The notes under the pieces are model-generated. The model saw only the letters and a program-made list of their open reading frames with translations, did no database searches and was not told where the DNA came from. The position numbers and the translations under genes are program-made. Source: a virus (Duplodnaviria > Caudoviricetes). Taken from it: a DNA stretch of 64,000 nt. Positions 44,225 through 54,571 of this stretch are shown one piece after another (the first letter of the stretch is position 1; each line of letters opens with the position of its first letter). Location of the stretch: the IMG/VR virus record IMGVR_UViG_3300037010_001838. One strand, written 5' to 3'.

Positions 44225-44734
44225 TTAAACTATTGTGAAAAGTTCGTGTCTGTTGTGGGTTGAGGAGAAACTAACATGAACCCAACCAGAATGAGGATCA
44301 TTCGGTTTTGGAAATTCACGAATTAATTGGTCATATTCAATATTATCTGCAATCCATTTTAACAAATCATCATTTTTTATTCCTGGAATTTTTATGTCTA
44401 CAGCTTCACCCCTTGGATGACTTTTTAAAACAAAATATTGTTGCCACGAGTCTTTGTTGACACTTAATCCTTTTCTATTACACCACTGTTTGTATGGAAT
44501 CTCATTAATAAACTTTTCCAACAATTCACCTCTATACCAAGAATTTGGTGAAAATGGGATTCCGAAGTAATTCCGAATTGGTTCAAGTACATTTTTTGCA
44601 GTTAAAGTAGCAGCTTCCAAAATTGGTGAAGTTGGAATGTTGTCGATATTATTCCTAGAAGCAACGCTCGATTGCGTTACCTCATACATTTTAAAATGTT
44701 CAGAAATATTAGAATTTGGATCATAAATTAGCAT
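44225..44734 (-). CDS. peptidase M15 family endolysin
   Basis: SHPRGEAVDI, YDQLIRE, GWVHVS. Confidence 0.85.
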   Translation of the reverse strand: MLIYDPNSNISEHFKMYEVTQSSVASRNNIDNIPTSPILEAATLTAKNVLEPIRNYFGIPFSPNSWYRGELLEKFINEIPYKQWCNRKGLSVNKDSWQQYFVLKSHPRGEAVDIKIPGIKNDDLLKWIADNIEYDQLIREFPKPNDPHSGWVHVSFSSTHNRHELFTIV

Positions 44735-44746
44735 TTGTTTGTCTCC

Positions 44747-45232
44747 TTAATACAAATCACCCACAATAGATTCTTTTAGATATTTACTATATGTATCAAT
44801 GGGGGATACATTAATCCAACACCCAGGAGCAACTGGGTGACACAACAGTTGGTGTTTATTGAGAGATGGACCAACGTGTTTATATAATGGTTTATAATCA
44901 ACAGGAGTGGCATAAACCGGGACAGCTCTTGTTATGTTTGGTCCACCACCTAAAATTGTGTGAACTTGACCTGTTAACTCTGAAATCTGTACAACGTCTA
45001 ATTGTGTTGTTTCTAAATCGTAAACTACTACAAACCAATTTGATGGGAGAGTAAATTGAAAACCCAACACATCAAGAGTTATTGCTGGTGAATAAATTTC
45101 CTCAAGCATTAAAATTGGTGCTAATGTATAATCATATAACTCCACATCTAAAACCCACATGTGTGTTGAATCGAGAGGAGTGTGAATACTTTCAATAAAC
45201 ATTGGTTCTGTTTGGTCATTATATATTAACAT
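44747..45232 (-). CDS. hypothetical protein
   Basis: 161-aa ORF. Confidence 0.65.
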   Translation of the reverse strand: MLIYNDQTEPMFIESIHTPLDSTHMWVLDVELYDYTLAPILMLEEIYSPAITLDVLGFQFTLPSNWFVVVYDLETTQLDVVQISELTGQVHTILGGGPNITRAVPVYATPVDYKPLYKHVGPSLNKHQLLCHPVAPGCWINVSPIDTYSKYLKESIVGDLY

Positions 45233-45279
45233 AATTTTCCTTATTATAATTGTTAATACAAATTATAACTCAATAATGG

Positions 45280-46791
45280 TCAAACATCAACAAGTTCATT
45301 GTAATTTACAACAATTTTTTTGTGTTTATATTTAGCTTCTTTGTAATATTTTATTCGAGCTGACAAATGCCGTCGAGAATATTCGAGGTTTCCACATATA
45401 TCAATTATGTCCACACTGTCCTTATCTTTTCCTATACGAAGCCCCCTTCCTATTGCTTGGATAACACGAACGAAAGATTTTCCACCATCAATGAATATTA
45501 AATTAAAGATTCTATCAATACTTAACCCTACCCCTGCAATTTGCACTGTAGCAATTACTATAAGGTCATTAAACGTCTCAAATAAATCATAAACTGCTTG
45601 TCTAACTTTTTGTTTATCTTTACCATACAAAAACTTCGACTTTGGAATAATCTTCGATAATTTTTTTCCTATCTTAATGGAATTAACCAAACACAAGACA
45701 TTTCCTTTATAAGCAGAACCTTTTTCGATAACAAAATCTGCAATCCACTGCAATCGAACTTTATCTTGTTGGAGAAACGTAGTTTCGTTATCGTAAGTAA
45801 ATTTTTCCGTATCATTGTTAGGTTTGCTTGTTTCTCGTAATAATTGATTGAAACGATCTTGGTCATCAAGCTGAATTATAGTAATATTGGGTGTCGCCAA
45901 CCATCCATCTTTTATTAACACTTCTGCTGGAATAGTATACTTTATAGATCCAAGACTTGTGTTAATGGTCATTGCATCAGCTTTATTTTTTGGAAATGTT
46001 CCTGTTAAACCGAACCGATGAGCAATATTTTTGCCATATTCTTTAATTAAAGTTCCAATAACATTTGCTTTAGCACCTTGACATTCATCTATTACAAGGA
46101 CATCAAACTCACTTACCATTTTTGGATTATATTGTAACGCTTGCCACGTTGACACAACGTGGAGGTGATTGGTGTCTTTTAAATCACCACTATATTCTCC
46201 CACGTCTAACTCAAAAGCTCGGAACGCTTTGGTTGTTTGAGATACAAGAGAAATATTGGGAACTACCGTAATTGAACGTAAACCCTTTTTACCGTACAAG
46301 TCAACAAGGGCTGCATTTATTGTAGTTTTTCCTGCCGAAGTTGCTGCAACAACGATCCCTCCACCATCAGCTGTTAATTTATTAACAGCTTCTATCTGAT
46401 ACGGTCTAATCTGATATGGTTCATTGGTCTTTGGATTTGTAATGTGTTGAAAATAGTCTTTGTCTATAGGATCAACTTCCTCAAATACACCAATACGTTT
46501 ATCATTTAATTTGATTTTATATCCAAATGATTTTATTGTTGGAATTATTTGATCTAATAAATGATTATAGGTGTTACCAGCTGATGTAAAGAAACGAACT
46601 TTGCCATCCCACACACCTAGCTTGTATTTTGGTTTAAAAAAATACCCTTCAGACAAATAGGCGAATTGATCCTCAAAATATTTTGAATCGTCAGGATGAA
46701 GACCAGACACAATACACTGAACTTCGTTTTTTAGTGTTATCGTGACTGACTTGGCGTATGTTTGCTCAACAAAGTTTTTTATATCCATCAA
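45280..46791 (-). CDS. uvsW: UvsW-like SF2 DNA helicase
   Basis: RPYQIEAV, ATSAGKT, IDECQ, GLTGT, QAIGRGLR. Confidence 0.9.
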   Translation of the reverse strand: MMDIKNFVEQTYAKSVTITLKNEVQCIVSGLHPDDSKYFEDQFAYLSEGYFFKPKYKLGVWDGKVRFFTSAGNTYNHLLDQIIPTIKSFGYKIKLNDKRIGVFEEVDPIDKDYFQHITNPKTNEPYQIRPYQIEAVNKLTADGGGIVVAATSAGKTTINAALVDLYGKKGLRSITVVPNISLVSQTTKAFRAFELDVGEYSGDLKDTNHLHVVSTWQALQYNPKMVSEFDVLVIDECQGAKANVIGTLIKEYGKNIAHRFGLTGTFPKNKADAMTINTSLGSIKYTIPAEVLIKDGWLATPNITIIQLDDQDRFNQLLRETSKPNNDTEKFTYDNETTFLQQDKVRLQWIADFVIEKGSAYKGNVLCLVNSIKIGKKLSKIIPKSKFLYGKDKQKVRQAVYDLFETFNDLIVIATVQIAGVGLSIDRIFNLIFIDGGKSFVRVIQAIGRGLRIGKDKDSVDIIDICGNLEYSRRHLSARIKYYKEAKYKHKKIVVNYNELVDV

Positions 46792-47252
46792 TCTATCATA
46801 TAATCAGCCATGTCTGAACTGACTATTCTTGTAATGTTATTTAATGCATATCCCCGAGCCTTAAATGCATCGACTACAGAAACGTATTGTTCGTATAAGT
46901 CTTTTAGTTCGAGATATAATTCATACGTATCAAGGTATGTTGGTTCATGGTTTATGTATTGTTCTTTGTCTTTTGCTTGAAGTTCTCTGGAGTAATTTTC
47001 TGTGTAATCTTTCCATAATTTCCCTCGAACTTTCTGAACTTGAACTTCCATATATTCTAAAGCAGATTTTAATTCTGAACGTCTGGAATCATAATAAACT
47101 AACCACCCAGGTTGTTCATTATTTGCTACAACTAAATTTTTACCTTGAAGTCGAAGGTGATCTTTGTAATTATCTAGGTATTGTTCATACACATCAAGTA
47201 TGCGGACAATGTTTGTAACGTTTTCGTGTAATAATTCTAATGGTCGTTGCAT
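46788..47252 (-). CDS. uvsY: UvsY-like recombination mediator
   Basis: Helical; ENYSREL, VDAFKARGYAL; between UvsW and UvsX. Confidence 0.65.
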   Translation of the reverse strand: MQRPLELLHENVTNIVRILDVYEQYLDNYKDHLRLQGKNLVVANNEQPGWLVYYDSRRSELKSALEYMEVQVQKVRGKLWKDYTENYSRELQAKDKEQYINHEPTYLDTYELYLELKDLYEQYVSVVDAFKARGYALNNITRIVSSDMADYMID

Positions 47253-47253
47253 T

Positions 47254-47739
47254 TCAGTGTAATGTTCGTTTGGGAACAGATTTTTTCTCTATTTCCATAT
47301 CATTATCACTGCCTTCTTCTAAATTGTCAACATCACCAAAAGAATCATAAACCATTGAAATGTCTTCTGTAGAATTCTTAATAAGTTCCATTAATTCTTT
47401 TTCTCTTACCACTCTTAAAGCTTCAGCTTGTACAAAAAACTCTAAAACTTTTTCCTTTGATTGTGTTTTTATAACTTCAAGAGGAACTCCAACAGACAAC
47501 ACGTTTTGTTGTTTGGCTGTTTCACCTGGAATTTTTGCGACGATGACAAGTAAATCATCAGACACTTCAATGCTTTCCCATTCCATCTCATGGGCGTTCT
47601 GATTTAAATGTTCAATGATTGCTTCAAAAACAAAATCTATTTTTTTAGCGATACCGTTTGTAACACGTTGATATACAAAATTACGTTTGTTTAACGTATC
47701 TATGATTTCAATTAAAAAATCTTTAGATGTTTCGACCAT
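47254..47739 (-). CDS. hypothetical protein
   Basis: Acidic ORF, start MVETSK. Confidence 0.55.
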   Translation of the reverse strand: MVETSKDFLIEIIDTLNKRNFVYQRVTNGIAKKIDFVFEAIIEHLNQNAHEMEWESIEVSDDLLVIVAKIPGETAKQQNVLSVGVPLEVIKTQSKEKVLEFFVQAEALRVVREKELMELIKNSTEDISMVYDSFGDVDNLEEGSDNDMEIEKKSVPKRTLH

Positions 47740-47797
47740 AAAAGTAATTCCTTGTTCTTCAAAGTTATTTATAAAAAGAACAAGGAAGCTACACATT

Positions 47798-48862
47798 TTA
47801 CCAGACCGAATTTTGCACATCCATAATCAGCTTTGTAACTTGAATTAAATCTACATCATTTCGAAGTTGCGATGTTTTCAGCGCTTTATCCACTTCTGCG
47901 TTCATATGTTCTGCATATTCCACGACTTGCTCATATGTCCAAGCGCCAGCTCGAATTGATAGTAATTCTTGAGCATCAGGGCGGCGAACTCTAATCACAC
48001 CTTCTGTTAATGCTTCATGACCCATCCGCAACAAACGCACAAGATGCATTGCATGTTTAGTATCGTATCCAAATTGTTCCTCTAATGCTGATCGAGTTAC
48101 GTTTCGTTTTTTCTTCCACTCCCAATAATTTTCCCAATTTGTGTGTGCTTCGTCAAATTGGGAAAAATTAACTTTTACAACAATATCAGGTGTTCGTCCC
48201 TTTCCAGTAATTTTTTTCAGGATTGTGGAACTCCGCATATCATCAAAATACTGTTTTTCTCTTGTGGTAGGATTTCCTCTACTATCTCTCCATGAGTTTC
48301 CGGTATCTTTATAAAGAGCAAAGTGTCGATCTCCCAATTCGAGAGCAGAAAAATTAGCAAAAGGAACAACTTTATTCCAAGTTCTATCCCCTGTAAAGTT
48401 ATAAACCACACTTACAAAATCCAGTTGTTCTGGTTCTTGTTCCGGTTGTGGAGAATTAATCCATTTATTATGACCTTTGATCCTCTTTAATTGAGCTAAT
48501 ACATGTCCAGTAATTGAAAAAGCAATCTTTTTAGTCAGTAAACTTCCACGGGCTTGACGAAGCATCTCATACGCTGGTGAAGACACAATTAAATCTGGAC
48601 CTGCTGTCCACAACAATTCAACAACATTTGGATTTTGGTCTACAACTAACTTTATAAATTTATTTAACTCAAAAAATTTAATATCATTTTCTGGAAGTTC
48701 CACTTCATCTACATGAAAGAAAGGTGTTCGAATACTCACAGGATCCCCAACAAAAATTCCTCGAATGTCAATATCAGACGTAGGAAGACATGTTCCGTAT
48801 GCTCGTGAGCCTGCATACATTTCAACAATTTTATTTCGTTCTAAAACTTTTCTTTGATCCAT
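47798..48862 (-). CDS. predicted nucleotidyltransferase (Pol-beta superfamily, RlaP/YcgL-like)
   Basis: YAGSRAYGT...SDIDIRG, NPNVVELL, GYDTKHAMHLVRLL. Confidence 0.85.
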   Translation of the reverse strand: MDQRKVLERNKIVEMYAGSRAYGTCLPTSDIDIRGIFVGDPVSIRTPFFHVDEVELPENDIKFFELNKFIKLVVDQNPNVVELLWTAGPDLIVSSPAYEMLRQARGSLLTKKIAFSITGHVLAQLKRIKGHNKWINSPQPEQEPEQLDFVSVVYNFTGDRTWNKVVPFANFSALELGDRHFALYKDTGNSWRDSRGNPTTREKQYFDDMRSSTILKKITGKGRTPDIVVKVNFSQFDEAHTNWENYWEWKKKRNVTRSALEEQFGYDTKHAMHLVRLLRMGHEALTEGVIRVRRPDAQELLSIRAGAWTYEQVVEYAEHMNAEVDKALKTSQLRNDVDLIQVTKLIMDVQNSVW

Positions 48863-49175
48863 TATTTTACCTTTAAAAGATTTAGTGTTATTCTTTGATA
48901 GGCCCAGTGGTGTGCTGTTGTTTGCACGTGTCCCTTCCGGACAAATTTCCCAACATTGTTGCGAAAGTTTCCATAAGAGAAACCATCTGCTATTCTAATA
49001 ACATAACCTTCATGGCTAGACCAGTCATTATCAGCTACAACAGAACGAACACTTTTTCGTTGTATATTCCATCGTATATCGCTGGAACGTGTTGAATTTC
49101 AAGTAGGTTGAACCATTCAATTGTATCGTTCCAACTTAAACAATTATTTTTATCATCCCAAACTGAGAATCCCAT
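48862..49175 (-). pseudogene. C-terminal fragment of an RNA ligase, frameshifted near 49050
   Basis: GFSVWDDKNNCLSW...VPAIYDG // HEGYVIRIADGF...VGKFVRKGHVQT (motifs IV/V); no motif I; stop TAATG-coupled to next gene. Confidence 0.65.
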
Positions 49176-49207
49176 AAAATATATCACCTCTACTTGATTT
49201 ATTCGAT

Positions 49208-50293
49208 TTATTCATTTTGTTCTCCTAGTGCTTTTGCGACTCTTTTACTCTTTGATGATTTACCACTCAGATCTTCCTTTTCACCTTCCTTGAGTTCTAC
49301 CTGAAGGAACGCATCAGACTTTGCTTCACAAGCCATTAATACATCAACGGCTACACTACCAAAATCTTTTGATTGAAAATTTTTCTCTCCAAAGTAATAC
49401 CAAGCACCTTTTTTCGTGAGAACCCCCAATGCTTCTGCGGCATCCATTAAACCATTGAATGGGTCCATTCCAGTTTCATAAGGAACTTCAATTGTTACTG
49501 TCTGAAATGGTTGTGTAAAACGAGTTTTATAACCTTCACACTTCATCCTAATTCCACGGACCTCACCAGCAACATCGCCCTTAAGTTTCAATTTGGTCAA
49601 CAGCGTAATTTGTGATAATGAATACTTAACAGCTTCATTCACAATCCACACCCCTTCACCGTTCGTTATATCCTGATTTCTGTACACTTGGTGAGTCACT
49701 ACAATGCTTACATTTTGGTGTTTAATGGCGTGAACAAATTGCCTTAACACAGATTTTATCTGTTTGCTACGTTGACCTTGGTCACCTTTTAATACACCTC
49801 TATCAAAGTTTTCTTCTTCTGTTTCTGTCATTAACATATCCAAACTGTCAACAACTATGAGAACTTTGGGTGCATCTGGATTACCAATACCATATTCTTT
49901 TTCGTACGATTTAAGGAAAGATGAGATATATTTCTGCATTTGTGGGATTGTATCTAATTCACCATACAAATATGAGTCTTCGCCTACATCAACTCCAATT
50001 TTTGAAACAAAACTGTTATCCAATGCGTGTTCACTGTCCCCAACAACTACAAAAATATCTTCTTTCTGTGCTTCTCTCATACAATTACACAAAGTAAATG
50101 TTTTTCCAGAACCAGAAGGACCAGCAAAACACACAACTCTTCCTTGTGGAATTCCTCTAAAAAAACTTCCTGATATTGTTTTGTTTAAAGCATAATTTCC
50201 TGTTGAAAACCAATAGCGGGGAGGATCGGAATCTCCTAAATCTATTCCAGCCTTCTCCATATCTTTTTCAAATTCTTTTCTAAATTTTAACAT
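49208..50293 (-). CDS. uvsX: UvsX/RecA-like recombinase
   Basis: FSTGNYALN, GPSGSGKT, VVDSL, THQVY. Confidence 0.92.
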   Translation of the reverse strand: MLKFRKEFEKDMEKAGIDLGDSDPPRYWFSTGNYALNKTISGSFFRGIPQGRVVCFAGPSGSGKTFTLCNCMREAQKEDIFVVVGDSEHALDNSFVSKIGVDVGEDSYLYGELDTIPQMQKYISSFLKSYEKEYGIGNPDAPKVLIVVDSLDMLMTETEEENFDRGVLKGDQGQRSKQIKSVLRQFVHAIKHQNVSIVVTHQVYRNQDITNGEGVWIVNEAVKYSLSQITLLTKLKLKGDVAGEVRGIRMKCEGYKTRFTQPFQTVTIEVPYETGMDPFNGLMDAAEALGVLTKKGAWYYFGEKNFQSKDFGSVAVDVLMACEAKSDAFLQVELKEGEKEDLSGKSSKSKRVAKALGEQNE

Positions 50294-50314
50294 AAAAATC
50301 TCCAGTAGTGAATT

Positions 50315-50335
50315 GGGGTGCCTAAAAAGCACCCC
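50315..50335. other. GC-rich intergenic hairpin between gp32 and uvsX
   Basis: ggggtgc-ctaaaaa-gcacccc; no U-tract on the coding strand. Confidence 0.55.
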
Positions 50336-50347
50336 GTAACTCAAAAA

Positions 50348-51292
50348 TTATTCTGCTTTTGTTTTACGACGAGCGCGCAAACGTGCTAGAATAGCTTCTG
50401 GATCTTCTTCAGAATCACCATCAGAACTGCTTACTGGTTCTTCTTTTGTTTGAACTGGTTCTGGAGTCTTTGCTTTCGTTGACTTTGACGCAGCTTCTTT
50501 TACAGAGCCAACTTTTTCAGTAGGAACGTCATCTTCGTCACTAGAGTCGTATCTATCACTATCCGAACTATCACCAATGTTATATTCCTCGCCTGTCATT
50601 GCAGCCTTTAACATAGCCTCAACTTTATCAACACCTGGGTGTTTTGGAAGAAGAGTTGAAAGATCGATGATAGACGACGACACATGTTCAACTGTGTCTT
50701 CATCCAAATCGCTTGGATTTTTTGCAAACGAACTGCGCGAATAATCAGCATAATCACCAGACTGGCGTTTCTTAATTATAAAGTTTGTTCCATTTTCGTA
50801 TAGATAAGGAGGATATTCAAGATCACCACTTTCAAACGCATCCTTAATAGATTCATAAAGTTTGTTACCAAGAGCCAGATAACGAACCTTCCCTTCGTGT
50901 GTTTCTCCGGTATCTTTATCGACCGGAAGTGGATCACTAATTATGAGAGCCTGAGCGAGATACTGTTTCTTGCGATAGTATTTCTTTCCATTATCTTTAT
51001 CGTCCTTCTTATAAAATGCTGCAGAAACCTTACAAATCGGACAATCTTCTCCATACATTTTTAAACATGGGACGGATTTCTTTTCTCCATTAATTTCTAA
51101 TGAATGCATCATTTTTTCAACTAAAAATCCTCTTGGATTGTCTTCATTCTTATCTGGGAGAATACGAACTGTTGATTGTTCACCAATTTCCATATTCCAG
51201 AATGGGTAATAATTATTTTGACCACTACCACCTTCGTTTGTATCTGCTTTTTTGAATTGTGCCCGTAGGGCCTCCATTGAGAGTTGAGCCAT
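50348..51292 (-). CDS. single-stranded DNA-binding protein (gp32-like)
   Basis: YYPFW, VRILP, CLKMYGEDCPIC, YYRKKQY, acidic C-terminus. Confidence 0.85.
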   Translation of the reverse strand: MAQLSMEALRAQFKKADTNEGGSGQNNYYPFWNMEIGEQSTVRILPDKNEDNPRGFLVEKMMHSLEINGEKKSVPCLKMYGEDCPICKVSAAFYKKDDKDNGKKYYRKKQYLAQALIISDPLPVDKDTGETHEGKVRYLALGNKLYESIKDAFESGDLEYPPYLYENGTNFIIKKRQSGDYADYSRSSFAKNPSDLDEDTVEHVSSSIIDLSTLLPKHPGVDKVEAMLKAAMTGEEYNIGDSSDSDRYDSSDEDDVPTEKVGSVKEAASKSTKAKTPEPVQTKEEPVSSSDGDSEEDPEAILARLRARRKTKAE

Positions 51293-51472
51293 TGTTGTTC
51301 TCCTTTTCGCTTTTCTCGTTATATCTACATTTAAGTAGTTTTTCTTCTTTTTAGTTTTCACTTCTAATATAATACAAATTATTTTAATTCACATCAAGGG
51401 TTGTGATAAAATATATTTCAATATCTTATCACATGAGTATTTATGATGTGACCCTCAACAGACACCAATAAA

Positions 51473-52123
51473 TTAATGTCTTTTTTCCCAAACCACTTCA
51501 AAGTCTGGACATTCTAAAAACATTTGTGGGTCCAAATTTCCGTCTGCTGAAATCATTGCTTCAAAGTTTGCAAAGTTTGTTAAATAATCTGGGTCACCTT
51601 TCAAAGCATCACGAACCAACTCCACACAAGAAAGAGCGTTGTCATCTGCAAGATTGAATAAAGTATCATAAGGACGTCCTAGATATGTTTTCGATGCGTC
51701 TAAAACTGCTGTCCAGTCTGATAAAGGCATATATTTAGGTTTTAATAATGCAACTGAACTAGTCTGATTATCAAATACAGCACTAAATCCTGAATAATGA
51801 ACACCAGTTCCCGTAGCTTCGATAAACCTATAACTATCATCCGATTCTACTGTATCTTCAAGGTTCATGAATACATGACCGTAATACCCTCTTTTTCCAG
51901 TTAACACACAATGAGCAATTTCTATGGCGTAAGTGGACAAATGTCCATTGTGTCTTGAAGCGATTATGTAATAGTTATCTACTAACAATTTTCGAATTTC
52001 GTCAAATTCTTCTGGAGTTAACGTTTTTTTAGTAACCCAATTAATTTTTCCAATTGTAGCCGAAATGAAATTTTTTATATTATTACACGTCGTTGTTAAC
52101 ACACCTTTTGCTTTTGTCCACAT
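51473..52123 (-). CDS. permuted papain-like amidase (YiiX/YaeF-like)
   Basis: YGHV, IEATG.GV, YLGRPYD, LSCVELV. Confidence 0.6.
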   Translation of the reverse strand: MWTKAKGVLTTTCNNIKNFISATIGKINWVTKKTLTPEEFDEIRKLLVDNYYIIASRHNGHLSTYAIEIAHCVLTGKRGYYGHVFMNLEDTVESDDSYRFIEATGTGVHYSGFSAVFDNQTSSVALLKPKYMPLSDWTAVLDASKTYLGRPYDTLFNLADDNALSCVELVRDALKGDPDYLTNFANFEAMISADGNLDPQMFLECPDFEVVWEKRH

Positions 52124-52138
52124 TACGTTCTCCTTATA

Positions 52139-52600
52139 TTATGCCATCGGAACTTCTTCTGGTTGAATTGGAGCAGTTAAAATAGTATTTGCTCTACCCG
52201 GTCCAATTAATCCATACGTTTCAAGAGCCTGAACTCCAGCAATCGTGTCTGGACGTGCAAGATTTATATTTGACGCAGTTGATATATCTGTAGCCATTAC
52301 CCGAAGGGCTGCAGATAATTGTCTTGTTGCTGCTGGCGCTGTGGGGTTGTCTATTGACGCTAAATCAATTGTAACTTTTTCTGTTTGTGTGAAACGATTT
52401 CTAAATGCTAGCTTTGTGATTATTGTGTTATTTACTGTAACATCTGGGTTAGCACCAATCCATGCATCTAGTGTTGCTTGATCGGGAATTGGAGAACCTG
52501 CATCCCAAACGAGATCAGAATACACAGAACCATCACCAAGTGCGTGACACTGAACTGCTGGGAAACCGATTCCAATTGCTTGTATGTACGTCATTGCCAT
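52139..52600 (-). CDS. fibre-associated protein
   Basis: ITKLAFRNRFT.TEK motif; fibre operon. Confidence 0.55.
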   Translation of the reverse strand: MAMTYIQAIGIGFPAVQCHALGDGSVYSDLVWDAGSPIPDQATLDAWIGANPDVTVNNTIITKLAFRNRFTQTEKVTIDLASIDNPTAPAATRQLSAALRVMATDISTASNINLARPDTIAGVQALETYGLIGPGRANTILTAPIQPEEVPMA

Positions 52601-52656
52601 TTTTTATCTCCTAATTTTGTGTATTTATGGGTAAATGTTAATTTATTGTTTAAATT

Positions 52657-53460
52657 TTACTTAAATTCAATAATTATATAATTGCTGTCTCCACTTCCTC
52701 CTAGACTTGCAGTTGAACCTCTATTAACGTAAGATGTCCCTGAACCATTGGCTCCAAGTCTTGCGGAATAAGTAACTGTTGAAACTGAACCAGGGTTGTC
52801 TGTTCTTGATATTGTTGTATTAATTGGTCTTCCTGCAGTTCCAACGTTAGCAGAGGTAGCTCCAATTAACGTGGTATTACGAAATACAGTAGTTGTTATT
52901 GTTCTATTGGACGTTGAATTATCCAACATTAAACTAAACAATATCATCACGGTAGAATCAGGGAGAAGTGGCGTAAATGGTTGACTCCAAATTTGAAAAC
53001 CTCCAGAAGAACTTGGAGTTGTATTATCATAAGGAATTTGTGCTGTTCCTGTTTGATTAGGAATATTTCCTGTAATTAACTGGACAACCTGACCGAAAGG
53101 AATCCATTGTGTTGTATATCGTTCATAATTTCCTAAATCTGTATTTCCTCTAATCATTCCGAATGTAGGAGATGCTGGACGTTGTGCAGTTGTTCCCACA
53201 GGAACAGTAATTGAACCTGTTCCTGAAAACACTTGATTTGGACCAACACCGCCAATTAATATCCAACTTGTGCCTGTATCTTGATACATTGCTGCTGCAT
53301 CTGTTGCAATGTAAATATTCCCTGTATTGCCAAATGAAGGACGAGCTGATAAAAGTCCAGAAGACATTTGAGGATTCCCACCACCATTTAATAATACAAG
53401 TTTTCCGTTAACGTCTGGTGTATTTGAAAAACTATATGAACCTAAAACTGGAGTTGACAT
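52657..53460 (-). CDS. tail fibre-like protein
   Basis: VPVGTTAQRPASPTFGMIR.NTD...ERY. Confidence 0.65.
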   Translation of the reverse strand: MSTPVLGSYSFSNTPDVNGKLVLLNGGGNPQMSSGLLSARPSFGNTGNIYIATDAAAMYQDTGTSWILIGGVGPNQVFSGTGSITVPVGTTAQRPASPTFGMIRGNTDLGNYERYTTQWIPFGQVVQLITGNIPNQTGTAQIPYDNTTPSSSGGFQIWSQPFTPLLPDSTVMILFSLMLDNSTSNRTITTTVFRNTTLIGATSANVGTAGRPINTTISRTDNPGSVSTVTYSARLGANGSGTSYVNRGSTASLGGSGDSNYIIIEFK

Positions 53461-53492
53461 TTAAAATTCCTTTTAACAAATGTATTTATATT

Positions 53493-54560
53493 TTATCCAA
53501 GTAAAAATCTTGTATCACACTGAGCATAATCTTGAACATACGTTGAAGACACATATCCTGTTCCTGTAGTTGTAAGTGACATAACGTTCCCATTTCCACT
53601 ATAATCAACACATGAAGTTACAATTGCGTCAACTGGATTTTCATTAAAATCGTATCTTCCAACTAATCCGTATGTTATTCCATCACTCATTCCTTCAGTA
53701 GTATAAATTGTTTGAATTTCTTCAGAAGACAACAAACGATTAAAATAATAAACATCATCAACTTTAGTATTATTTGATTCAGCACCTGTAGAACCAGGTA
53801 TTACAGGGTATCCATTTACATAAATCATCGTAGGCGATCCTGCTATCTGAATCGCATTTGAAGCAGTGTTGTTGAGAAGTCCATTGATATAAATACTATG
53901 AATTTGAGTCCCGGCTGTTCCTACTCCATTTGATGAAACTGTGCAACTGTATGCATAATGAACCCATGTATCGATGGGAGAAATATATCTTCCATTTATT
54001 GTACCAGAAGCTGCAGTTTGGGCAGGTTGAACTACATATGTTCCTGTTCCTCCTGAACCAGTCAATTGTGCAACAATCTGAGTTCCATTTTGAATATTAG
54101 TTCCGGATATCCCCTTCCCCACAACAACTGTTCCAGATGTTACACCAGTCACTGTTAAAGTATTACCAGAAATGGAACCAGTAACAACAAAAGTAGGAGA
54201 AATTGTCCCTGTCAATCCAACACCATTTGAAGTTACTAAGTTTGCTCCTCCCCATGTCCAACATGTTAACGTTCCTGGAGCAGTTGAACCTGTGCCACCT
54301 TGATTCATGCCCATCTGCATACCAGTTGTAGTTGTTCCATTTTGTTGTTGATTGGAACCATTGTATACTCCAACCATACTTGATGCTGTACCACCACCTC
54401 CACTTGTTGCGGCAATAGAAGCCGTATTCATCCAAAACATCATGGTATATGCTCCCGTTGTATCAACAGGAATATTAGGAACTCCGGTGGTTTTTAAAGG
54501 ATATGCAGATAAAAATGAAGCGTTTCCTGAGGATGTTGCTCTATAATTTTGAAGTGCCAT
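53493..54560 (-). CDS. LamG/concanavalin-A-like lectin domain virion protein
   Basis: YTMMFWM, WVHYA, IYING, VDDVYYFNRLLS.EEI. Confidence 0.75.
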   Translation of the reverse strand: MALQNYRATSSGNASFLSAYPLKTTGVPNIPVDTTGAYTMMFWMNTASIAATSGGGGTASSMVGVYNGSNQQQNGTTTTGMQMGMNQGGTGSTAPGTLTCWTWGGANLVTSNGVGLTGTISPTFVVTGSISGNTLTVTGVTSGTVVVGKGISGTNIQNGTQIVAQLTGSGGTGTYVVQPAQTAASGTINGRYISPIDTWVHYAYSCTVSSNGVGTAGTQIHSIYINGLLNNTASNAIQIAGSPTMIYVNGYPVIPGSTGAESNNTKVDDVYYFNRLLSSEEIQTIYTTEGMSDGITYGLVGRYDFNENPVDAIVTSCVDYSGNGNVMSLTTTGTGYVSSTYVQDYAQCDTRFLLG

Positions 54561-54571
54561 ATTTTATCCTA

